NCBI GenBank assembly: GCA_041686095.1
Contig: JAWLEN010000004.1
Span: 1-51,290, forward strand
Direction of reading: 5' to 3'
Length of the DNA: 51,290 nucleotides
From: Candidatus Aminicenantes bacterium
GTDB taxonomy: Bacteria > Acidobacteriota > Aminicenantia > Aminicenantales > Aminicenantaceae
Position 1 is the stretch's first letter; each line of letters begins with the position of its first letter. Positions 44,217-51,290 of this stretch are shown one piece after another. The notes below the pieces were generated by a model. The model was not told the DNA's origin. It did no database searches and worked only from the letters and a program-made list of their open reading frames with translations. A program made the translations under genes and the position numbers.

Positions 44217-45749
44217 TTATTCCCATTCAATAGTTCCTGGAGGCTTTGACGTTATATCGTACACAACTCGATTGACCCCTTCAACCTCATTAACAATTCT
44301 GGTTGATATTCTGGATAATAAAAAAGGATCTGCCTGAAACCATCCAGCGGTCATACCATCAACACTCTGCACCAGTCTCACCACAACAACCCGTTGATAA
44401 GTCCTTTTATCCCCCATAACTCCTACTGATTTAACCGGAAGCAGCACAGCAAATGCCTGCCATAAATCATTATAAAGCCCTGCTTTTCGTACCTCATCGA
44501 TCACAACAGCATCCGCATCCCTGATAGTTTTTAAGCGGTCTTTTGTGACTTCACCTACGATTCGCACAGCTAAACCCGGCCCTGGAAAAGGATGCTGATA
44601 AATAAAATCTCTTTTAACTCCTAACTTAATTCCGAGTTTTCTCACTTCATCCTTAAAAAGTTCTTTAAGAGGCTCCACCAGTTTAAAAGACAGCCTTTCA
44701 GGAAGGCCCCCGACATTGTGGTGGGACTTGATACTGGAGGAAGGTCCTGTAACTGGATTGCTCTCAATAACATCAGGATAAATAGTGCCCTGAGCCAGAT
44801 ATTTGGCCCCACCTATTTTCTCAGCCTCCTCCTCGAATATCTTTATAAATTCCCTGCCGATAATTTTCCTTTTTTCCTCTGGTGGAATCACTCCTTTCAG
44901 CTTTTCCAAAAATATATCAGTGGCATCCACAGCTGCGACTTCAAGCTTAAATTCTTTTCTGAATTTGTGAGATAGATTTTTATACTGACCCTTTCGTAAA
45001 AGGCCGTTATTAACAAACACGCACGTTAGGTTCTTTCCTACAGCTTTTTTTACCAGAAGAGATGTCACCAGAGAATCCACTCCTCCACTAAGACCGCATA
45101 TCACCTTTTGATTTCCTATTGATTCCCTCATTTCCTGTACTTTTTTATCAATAAAAAATCCCATATTCCATTTTGGTTTCATTTCAGAAATTTTAAAAAG
45201 AAAGTTTGATAGAATTTTTTGACCTTGATGAGTGTGAATGACCTCAGGATGAAACTGCACTCCAAAAAGCCTATCCTCGGTATTTTCTATCACCGCTTTA
45301 TCACAATTTTCTGTCACACCGGTTACTGTAAATCCTGGAGGAATTTTTAACACTTGATCCCCATGACTCATCCACACTTGACTTTGATTGTCCAGCCCTT
45401 CCAGGATTCCATCTCCTTTTATTATCTCAAGAGAGGCAAAACCATATTCTCTTTTTTGTGATGGGATGACCTGACCCCCCAATGAATCAGACATGAATTG
45501 AAGTCCATAGCATATTCCCAATACAGGAACTCCTAGTTCCTTGATATCAAAGGATGATTTAGGGGCATTCCTATCATAAACACTCTGAGGTCCTCCTGAA
45601 AGAATAACCGCTCCAGGATCTTCTTTTTTTATCTCTGAAAGTTCTGCAAAAAAAGGATAAATCTCTGAAAAAACGCCTAGCTCTCTTATCTTTCTGGCAA
45701 TGAGTTGAGTGTACTGTGAACCAAAATCAAGGATGACGACTTTCTTCAT
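44217..45749 (-). CDS. guaA: GMP synthase (glutamine-hydrolysing)
   Basis: It has the GATase 'GICYGLQFM', the ATP-PPase 'SGGVDSLV', and a C-terminal dimerisation domain ending 'PPGTIEWE'. Confidence 0.97.
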   Translation of the reverse strand: MKKVVILDFGSQYTQLIARKIRELGVFSEIYPFFAELSEIKKEDPGAVILSGGPQSVYDRNAPKSSFDIKELGVPVLGICYGLQFMSDSLGGQVIPSQKREYGFASLEIIKGDGILEGLDNQSQVWMSHGDQVLKIPPGFTVTGVTENCDKAVIENTEDRLFGVQFHPEVIHTHQGQKILSNFLFKISEMKPKWNMGFFIDKKVQEMRESIGNQKVICGLSGGVDSLVTSLLVKKAVGKNLTCVFVNNGLLRKGQYKNLSHKFRKEFKLEVAAVDATDIFLEKLKGVIPPEEKRKIIGREFIKIFEEEAEKIGGAKYLAQGTIYPDVIESNPVTGPSSSIKSHHNVGGLPERLSFKLVEPLKELFKDEVRKLGIKLGVKRDFIYQHPFPGPGLAVRIVGEVTKDRLKTIRDADAVVIDEVRKAGLYNDLWQAFAVLLPVKSVGVMGDKRTYQRVVVVRLVQSVDGMTAGWFQADPFLLSRISTRIVNEVEGVNRVVYDITSKPPGTIEWE

Positions 45750-45755
45750 GACCTG

Positions 45756-45784
45756 ATTTTATCAGACTCGATTTTGGTTGTAAA
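45756..45784 (-). promoter_or_regulatory. Putative guaA promoter TTTACA-17-TAAAAT, 6 nt from the ATG (leaderless geometry)
   Basis: The minus strand reads TTTACA (45784..45779), a 17-nt spacer, TAAAAT (45761..45756), CAGGTC, then ATG (45749). There is no SD. Confidence 0.45.
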
Positions 45785-45793
45785 TTAATAATG

Positions 45794-45839
45794 AAAACAT
45801 CGCCATTTTTTTATGAATAGTCCAGGTTGATTGACTTAG
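45794..45839 (+). repeat. Dispersed element, contiguous copy B (AAAACATCGCCATTTTTTTATGAATAGTCCAGGTTGATTGACTTAG)
   Basis: The first 27 nt match 35285..35311 (inverted) at 26/27. Nucleotides 8-20 match 35321..35333 at 13/13. The last 26 nt resemble 35460..35485 at about 21/27 with one gap. Confidence 0.7.
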
Positions 45840-45859
45840 TTACTTAAATTTTTTATAGT
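45831..45859 (+). promoter_or_regulatory. Putative apgM promoter TTGACT-17-TATAGT, 9 nt from the ATG
   Basis: TTGACT at 45831..45836, a 17-nt spacer, TATAGT at 45854..45859, ATG at 45869. No SD lies between. Confidence 0.45.
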
Positions 45860-45868
45860 TGATTTATT

Positions 45869-47071
45869 ATGGATAGAGAAGAATTAATCAAAGAATTATG
45901 CATGGAGACTGATTCAAAAATCGTTCTTTTGATCATGGACGGACTGGGGGATCTGCCTGTCAATGGGGCCACAGCCCTTGAAGCAGCTTCAACACCAAAC
46001 CTCGATCATCTTGCAAAATCAGGCTGCTGTGGACTCACGGATCCGGTTTTTAGAGGAGTCACCCCAGGGAGTGGACCTGCACATCTGTCAATTTTTGGAT
46101 ATGATCCCACAAAATATATCCTAGGAAGAGGAATACTCGAAGCCTTAGGGATTGACGTGGAAGTCAAAAAGAATGACCTGGTGGCAAGAGGTAATTTCGC
46201 TACTCTAAAGCAGGGCAAGATTGTAGATAGAAGAGCAGGGAGGATCTCAACAGAAAAAAATCGTTCTCTCTGTCAAAAACTGAATAAATCTGTCCAAGAA
46301 GTTGAAAACACAAAAATTTCCTTTTACACGGGAAAAGAACACCGCTTTGTGGTCAAATTCACCGCTGAAGGTCTTTCCGATCAATTGTCCGATGCTGACC
46401 CTCAGAGAGAAAATAAACCTAAAGTATATCCTAAACCACTCTCATCAGAAGCCAAAAATACGGCACAAATAGTCAATAAAATCATGGATAAAGTCACAAA
46501 TGTTCTCAGTGACGAAGATAAAGCCAACACCATACTGCTGCGGGGATTCTCAAAATTTCCTTCCATTCCCAGTATGAAAGCTCTCTTTAAGTTGAAAACC
46601 GCGGCTATTGCCAACTATCCCATGTACAGAGGCTTAGCTAAATTAGTGGGAATGGATGTATTAGAGGTTGGTTCTGAAATGGACGATCTGTTTGTTACTC
46701 TGAAAAAATCATACTCTGAGTATAATTTTTTCTATGTCCATGTTAAAAAGACCGACTCTTATGGGGAAGATGGAAATTTCGAAGCAAAAAAAGAAATCAT
46801 CGAAAAAACAGACTCTTTCATCCCTGTTATCCTTGATCTAAAACCCGAAGTTCTTGTGGTGACCTCTGATCATTCCACTCCCTGCGTTTTGAAATCACAT
46901 TCATGGCATCCCAATCCATTTCTCATCTATTCACAGACAGCCCAAGTAGATAAAGTTGAAAAATTCACTGAAAAAGAATGCAGCCAGGGATATCTGGGCC
47001 GCTTCCCTTCATTGTATGCCATGCCGCTCATGCTGGCTCACGCAGGTAAAATGGTGAAATTCGGTGCATGA
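45869..47071 (+). CDS. apgM: 2,3-bisphosphoglycerate-independent phosphoglycerate mutase, archaeal-type (ApgM family)
   Basis: 400 aa with 'LLIMDGLGD' and 'VTSDHSTP' metal/phosphoserine-region motifs. Length and ends are typical of ApgM. Confidence 0.88.
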   Translation: MDREELIKELCMETDSKIVLLIMDGLGDLPVNGATALEAASTPNLDHLAKSGCCGLTDPVFRGVTPGSGPAHLSIFGYDPTKYILGRGILEALGIDVEVKKNDLVARGNFATLKQGKIVDRRAGRISTEKNRSLCQKLNKSVQEVENTKISFYTGKEHRFVVKFTAEGLSDQLSDADPQRENKPKVYPKPLSSEAKNTAQIVNKIMDKVTNVLSDEDKANTILLRGFSKFPSIPSMKALFKLKTAAIANYPMYRGLAKLVGMDVLEVGSEMDDLFVTLKKSYSEYNFFYVHVKKTDSYGEDGNFEAKKEIIEKTDSFIPVILDLKPEVLVVTSDHSTPCVLKSHSWHPNPFLIYSQTAQVDKVEKFTEKECSQGYLGRFPSLYAMPLMLAHAGKMVKFGA

Positions 47072-47093
47072 TTCTCATAGAAATAGGAATAAA

Positions 47094-47121
47094 TTGACTA
47101 ATTTTATAGATATTATATAAT
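47094..47121 (+). promoter_or_regulatory. Putative promoter TTGACT-16-TATAAT, 9 nt from the amidase ATG
   Basis: TTGACT at 47094..47099, a 16-nt spacer, TATAAT at 47116..47121, ATG at 47131. Confidence 0.45.
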
Positions 47122-47130
47122 TTAAGAAAA

Positions 47131-48279
47131 ATGAAAAGCAAGATATTAACAGCCATTTTCTTAACCTTAGGTATTTTCACTCAACTTTTTTCCCAATCTC
47201 CTGAAGATAACCGGATTGAAATATACAACCTCCGCTACCATACTCATCCTTCTTTTACCAGGATAGTCATCGATGTGGGAGAATTAAGAGAATATTTTTT
47301 TGACGAACTCAAATCTCCTGACAGAGTGTTCGTTGATGTATTCCAGGCTAAACTCAATCCCATCCTCCACACTAAAACAGTCAATCTTAACAATGAATAC
47401 ATTCACGAAATTAGAATCGCTCAAAAAAACCACACCACTGTCAGAACCGCTGTTGATCTGGAATTCTCAAAAATAGATCAATATCGGGTCTGGCATCTTC
47501 CAGATCCCTTTCGAATCATTATTGACATCTACCCTGTAAAAAATTCTTCCACACCAAAACCCACTGATTCGGGATACTCTATGGCCAGGCAGTTAGGTCT
47601 TGGCATAAAACGGATCGTCATTGATCCTGGTCATGGGGGAAAAGATCCCGGATGCATAGGAAGCCAAAACACTCAGGAAAAAAATATTGTTTTAGACATA
47701 GCAACCCGACTCAAAAATCTACTCAGCGCCAAGCAGGGCCTGGAAGTCATAATGACAAGGGAGACAGATATATTTGTGCCTGTCGAAAACAGGCCTGTCA
47801 TTGCCAATCAAAAGAAAGCAGATCTTTTTGTCTCCATCCACGCTAATGCGAATCCCAGAAAAAACTACTGCGGCACAGCCACATTTTTTCTTAACTTCAG
47901 TACGGATCCTTCTGTTAACGCCATTGCGGCAAGGGAAAACGCCACTTCCACCAAAAATATCGGCGACATGAAAGAAATCATCACAAAAATCGCACAGAAC
48001 AGCAAAATAAAAGAATCAAAGGAGCTGGCTGAAAATATTCAGCAATGCCTGACATCTAATTTAAAAAAATCCTATAAATACACCCAGGATTTAGGGGTTA
48101 AAGGAGGGCCTTTCTGGGTCTTGATCGGAGGAGAAATGCCCTCTGTACTGGTCGAAACACTGCATCTATCCAATTCAAGAGAAGAGGCCCTACTCAGGAC
48201 TGCTGAATACCGTCAAAAAATAGCTGAAGGGATATACCAAGGCCTTATTCAGTATATCCATTCTTTAGGAAAAGGATAA
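47131..48279 (+). CDS. N-acetylmuramoyl-L-alanine amidase with N-terminal AMIN domain (AmiC-like)
   Basis: It has a signal peptide, an AMIN-like region ('FTRIVIDV...RTAVDL...FRIIIDIYP'), and an Amidase_3 domain ('IVIDPGHGGKDPG', 'VSIHANA'). Confidence 0.9.
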   Translation: MKSKILTAIFLTLGIFTQLFSQSPEDNRIEIYNLRYHTHPSFTRIVIDVGELREYFFDELKSPDRVFVDVFQAKLNPILHTKTVNLNNEYIHEIRIAQKNHTTVRTAVDLEFSKIDQYRVWHLPDPFRIIIDIYPVKNSSTPKPTDSGYSMARQLGLGIKRIVIDPGHGGKDPGCIGSQNTQEKNIVLDIATRLKNLLSAKQGLEVIMTRETDIFVPVENRPVIANQKKADLFVSIHANANPRKNYCGTATFFLNFSTDPSVNAIAARENATSTKNIGDMKEIITKIAQNSKIKESKELAENIQQCLTSNLKKSYKYTQDLGVKGGPFWVLIGGEMPSVLVETLHLSNSREEALLRTAEYRQKIAEGIYQGLIQYIHSLGKG

Positions 48280-48283
48280 AAAA

Positions 48284-49171
48284 ATGAAGAGAAGAGATTT
48301 TTTAAAAAATATTGCTGTGGGAAGTATTGTTTTAAACATTAAACCAAACATTTTAGCACAGGAAAAAAAATACCCTGATCTGGCAGTAGTCCAGGGAGAA
48401 TCTCCATCTGAAATCACTAGAGAGGCTTTATCGGTTTTAGGTGGGATGAACCGTTTTATTTCAAAAGGAGATGAAGTTTTGATAAAGCCCAACATAGGAT
48501 GGGACAGAACTCCTGAGCAGGCTGCTTGCACAAATCCTCAAGTGGTTAAAACTCTGGTCGAGCTCTGTTTTGAAGCAGGAGCCAAAAAAGTTAAGGTCAT
48601 GGATAATACCATCAATCCAGCAAGAAGAACCTATGTCCGCTCGGGTATTGCCGAAGCGGCTAAGGAAGCAGGAGCAGACGTCCCTTACCCCAATGAGCAT
48701 AAACTGAAAAAAGTTCCCATCAATGGACAAAAGCTCAAAGAATGGGAGGTGTTCAGAGATTTCTTAGAAACAGATAAACTCATCAATGTTCCCATTACCA
48801 AACATCACAGTCTGTCCCGGCTGACTTTAGGTATGAAAAACTGGTTGGGCGCTTTGGGAGGAAATCGAAACCAGCTCCATCAAAGCCTCGACTATGCTAT
48901 GGTGGACCTGGCTGCTTTTTTTAAACCAACTCTGTCATTTATGGATTCATACCGAATCCTTCACAGAAACGGACCTCAAGGGGGAAGGCTCTCAGATGTG
49001 AAGCTCCATAAAACAGTTGCGGCAGGAGTGGATTATGTAGCCGTAGATAGTATAGGAGCCCATTTTATGGATATGAATCCAGGGGAACTTATGTTTCTCA
49101 AGATAGCAAATGAAAGAGGTCTTGGAGAAATTGACCTAGAGAAACTAACCATTGAAAAAAGAAAGATCTAA
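48284..49171 (+). CDS. Tat-signal DUF362 domain protein
   Basis: It has a twin-arginine signal 'MKRRDFLKNIAVGS' and a DUF362 core ('VLIKPNIGW...TNPQVVKTLVELCFEAGAKKVKVMDN', 'TKHHSL'). Confidence 0.8.
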   Translation: MKRRDFLKNIAVGSIVLNIKPNILAQEKKYPDLAVVQGESPSEITREALSVLGGMNRFISKGDEVLIKPNIGWDRTPEQAACTNPQVVKTLVELCFEAGAKKVKVMDNTINPARRTYVRSGIAEAAKEAGADVPYPNEHKLKKVPINGQKLKEWEVFRDFLETDKLINVPITKHHSLSRLTLGMKNWLGALGGNRNQLHQSLDYAMVDLAAFFKPTLSFMDSYRILHRNGPQGGRLSDVKLHKTVAAGVDYVAVDSIGAHFMDMNPGELMFLKIANERGLGEIDLEKLTIEKRKI

Positions 49172-50747
49172 AAAATACAGAGCTGTACAAATACTTAGGA
49201 TCCTCAGCCAAACATTATTCTTTGCTCTGTTTTTCTATCTTTTACTGGGGACTCATTTCCCCGGGAAAGACTATATAGGAAACGTGGAAATCTTTTTTCA
49301 TTTTGATCCTCTGCTGGCCTTGACCACTCTGATCGCCGCCAGGGCTGTGTTTTTATCCTTTGTGTTTGCTACCATAACCATTGTCTTGACCTTTGTGTTT
49401 GGACGATTTGTGTGCGCATGGGTGTGTCCCTTGGGCTCCATCCACCAATTCTTTTCTTTTATCTTTAAAAAAAGCAAACTCTTGAAGCCAAAGTTAATTA
49501 AAAACAAGCTTCCCACATTAAAATACTATATTTTAATTTTCATCCTGGTAGGCACTATTTTCTCTTTAAACCTGGTGGGAATCTTGGATCCGCTTTCCCT
49601 GCTTTACCGTTCCTTTGCCGTAGGGGTGTTTCCTGTATTGAATCATACCTTTTCAAATGTGCTCGGTCTTCTTTATCAAGCTGAGTTTTATTCCATCGCT
49701 GATCCCATTGCCCAGTTTTTGACCACCCTTGATATAAACTCCATCTTCACCCAAGTGTTTTTTATAGGCTTTTTATTTTTGGTGATTGTGCTCCTGAATA
49801 TTCACCGGGAAAGATTCTGGTGCCGATACTTGTGTCCTTTGGGCGCATTACTAGGTCTTTTCTCAAGATGGAATGTCCTGCAGCTTGAAATTGATTCCAA
49901 AAAATGCATTGAATGCAATCTCTGCAACCTTCACTGTGAAACACAGGCCAATCCTTTTCCTGATGATGAATGGAAAAGTTCTGAATGCATCTACTGTTTC
50001 ACCTGTTCCTCTATATGCCCTACCAATGCCATCCGATTCCCGCTTAAAACCAATCTGGAAAAAATAGAAACAGTGAATCTTTCCCGAAGAAAACTTCTTC
50101 TGACTTCCATTACCGGGGCTGTGCTGGCTCCTTTTTTCCGATTATCTCCTGAATCAAAGAGAGCTTCTGAGAAATTGATCCGTCCACCGGGCGCCCTCCC
50201 GGAAAAGCAGTTTCTCGAAAAATGTGTGAAATGCGGAGAATGCATGAAAGTCTGTCCCACTAATGCTCTCCAGCCTGTTCTTAAAGAAGCTGGTCCAGAA
50301 GGTCTATGGACACCTATGCTGGTCCCTAAAATCGGGTACTGCGAGTACTACTGCTCTCTATGCACTCAAGTCTGCCCCACAGGTGCCATAAAAGAGCTGA
50401 CTGTGCCGGAGAAAACTCAGGTCAAAATCGGAACTTCCTGGATAAACAAAAACCGATGCATCCCCTGGAAATTTGGTGACCCCTGCATTGTGTGTGAAGA
50501 ACACTGTCCGGTCTCCCCTAAAGCCATCAAGCTCATAAAAGCAGAGGTGAAAACCCCGGAAGGAGAGATAAAAACTCCCCTGGCTCCGGTTATAGATATT
50601 GATCTTTGTATTGGGTGCGGGATTTGTGAGAATAAATGCCCTGTGATGGATAAACCAGCCATTTATGTCACAAGTGTGGGGGAATCCCGCTCAGAAGAAA
50701 ATCAGCTCAAACTTGACTTGATTTCCGGAAGCGGAGGCATTTATTGA
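49152..50747 (+). CDS. Membrane-anchored polyferredoxin (NapH/MauN-like N-terminal module plus six 4Fe-4S motifs)
   Basis: There are two membrane-proximal CxxxCPxG motifs ('CAWVCPLGS', 'CRYLCPLGA'). Six ferredoxin-type cysteine clusters follow: 'CIECNLCNLHC', 'CIYCFTCSSICP', 'CVKCGECMKVCP', 'CEYYCSLCTQVCP', 'C...CIVCEEHCP' and 'CIGCGICENKCP'. The only available start is TTG 49152, which overlaps DUF362 by 20 nt. Confidence 0.85.
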   Translation: MKKERSKKYRAVQILRILSQTLFFALFFYLLLGTHFPGKDYIGNVEIFFHFDPLLALTTLIAARAVFLSFVFATITIVLTFVFGRFVCAWVCPLGSIHQFFSFIFKKSKLLKPKLIKNKLPTLKYYILIFILVGTIFSLNLVGILDPLSLLYRSFAVGVFPVLNHTFSNVLGLLYQAEFYSIADPIAQFLTTLDINSIFTQVFFIGFLFLVIVLLNIHRERFWCRYLCPLGALLGLFSRWNVLQLEIDSKKCIECNLCNLHCETQANPFPDDEWKSSECIYCFTCSSICPTNAIRFPLKTNLEKIETVNLSRRKLLLTSITGAVLAPFFRLSPESKRASEKLIRPPGALPEKQFLEKCVKCGECMKVCPTNALQPVLKEAGPEGLWTPMLVPKIGYCEYYCSLCTQVCPTGAIKELTVPEKTQVKIGTSWINKNRCIPWKFGDPCIVCEEHCPVSPKAIKLIKAEVKTPEGEIKTPLAPVIDIDLCIGCGICENKCPVMDKPAIYVTSVGESRSEENQLKLDLISGSGGIY

Positions 50748-50769
50748 GCTTAAAAAAAGGGGGTAGAGT

Positions 50770-51180
50770 ATGAAAAAATTTGTCCTGAGCATCATCGTCA
50801 CATGGAGCTTTGCCTATATACTTAAAATCATATTCATCCTGATAAAAGAAGGCCGACTGAATAAAGAAATGCTGGTGATGAATGGAGGGATGCCTTCAGG
50901 ACACACTGCCTTATCAGGATCGTTAACCATGGCTCTTCTCTTGGAGACTGGTTTTTCTCCTTATTTTTTTATCGGTGTGGTTATGACTATTCTGGTTATC
51001 TATGATGCAGTCAATGTACGCACCATCATTGAAAAACAGTCCAGAGCCATAAACAAACTGATCCAAGAGAGAAAAGACATTCCTCCATTGGAGGAAAAGG
51101 TAGGTCATACCATATGGGAAGTGGTAGTCAGTCTGGGGATGAGTGCTGTCATTCCTTTACTGGTCTACACTATCATTTAA
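50770..51180 (+). CDS. Divergent PAP2 (DUF212/YuiD-like) membrane protein
   Basis: 'GGMPSGHTA', 'YDAVNVR', 'AINKL' and 'VGHTIWEV' parallel the YuiD-family motifs. Confidence 0.85.
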   Translation: MKKFVLSIIVTWSFAYILKIIFILIKEGRLNKEMLVMNGGMPSGHTALSGSLTMALLLETGFSPYFFIGVVMTILVIYDAVNVRTIIEKQSRAINKLIQERKDIPPLEEKVGHTIWEVVVSLGMSAVIPLLVYTII

Positions 51181-51200
51181 TAAGACCCTTTGTTCTCTTC

Positions 51201-51290
51201 TTAAAAAAATAATTTTCCCAGAGTCAACATTCCAAGAATCAGGGTTGATATCCCCACAATCAGCTTGAGCCTTCCCATCTTAAACTTCTT
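51201..51290 (-). CDS. Possible 3' end of a minus-strand gene running off the window (or a 25-aa hydrophobic micro-ORF from ATG 51278)
   Basis: The frame is open to the window edge and reads ...KKFKMGRLKLIVGISTLILGMLTLGKLFF*. The tail is hydrophobic and TM-like. It is too short to assign. Confidence 0.25.
   Translation of the reverse strand, partial: KKFKMGRLKLIVGISTLILGMLTLGKLFF

Noticed and set aside
1-51290. Mobile elements, prophage, toxin-antitoxin or known defence systems
   Set aside because: No integrase, transposase, recombinase, restriction-modification, Cas or abortive-infection-type motifs were recognisable in any ORF. tRNA-Val is not flanked by direct repeats or an integrase.

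Overview
The window is a 51.3 kb AT-rich chromosomal segment from a diderm bacterium (LptD and LpxD are present). I count 47 protein genes plus one tRNA-Val, densely packed, with no rRNA, CRISPR array, transposase, integrase or recognisable defence gene. All family calls rest on motif recognition by eye; no database search was run.

Most of the window is housekeeping:
- A GDP-sugar dehydratase/reductase pair sits next to lptD.
- A split atpZ-atpI-atpB-atpE module has no F1 genes after it.
- yihY-lpxD is convergent with trxB.
- A long minus-strand string looks Firmicute-like: thrS-infC-rpmI-rplT-pheS-pheT-zapB-zapA-rny-ymdB-xseA-xseB-ispA-dxs-tlyA-nadK.
- Further minus-strand operons are coaX-hyp-rnr-selB-like, guaA-dnaE-REC-like-valS, and birA.
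- A plus-strand block holds apgM, an AMIN-amidase, a Tat-DUF362 protein, a polyferredoxin and a DUF212 protein.

The least ordinary region is 25.2-36.5 kb:
- A translationally coupled four-gene operon encodes a COG2403-type GTPase, carbamate kinase, a transcarbamylase-fold protein that has lost every carbamoyl-phosphate motif, and a 729-aa Lys/Glu-rich orphan.
- A SelB-like protein lacks its GTPase domain.
- A divergent arginase-fold gene is wedged between birA and coaX, behind a 364-bp intergenic region full of inverted and dispersed repeats that recur upstream of apgM.

Several operon-first genes (guaA, lptD, apgM, amidase) have sigma70-like boxes only 6-9 nt from the ATG and no Shine-Dalgarno. 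This suggests leaderless or near-leaderless mRNAs.
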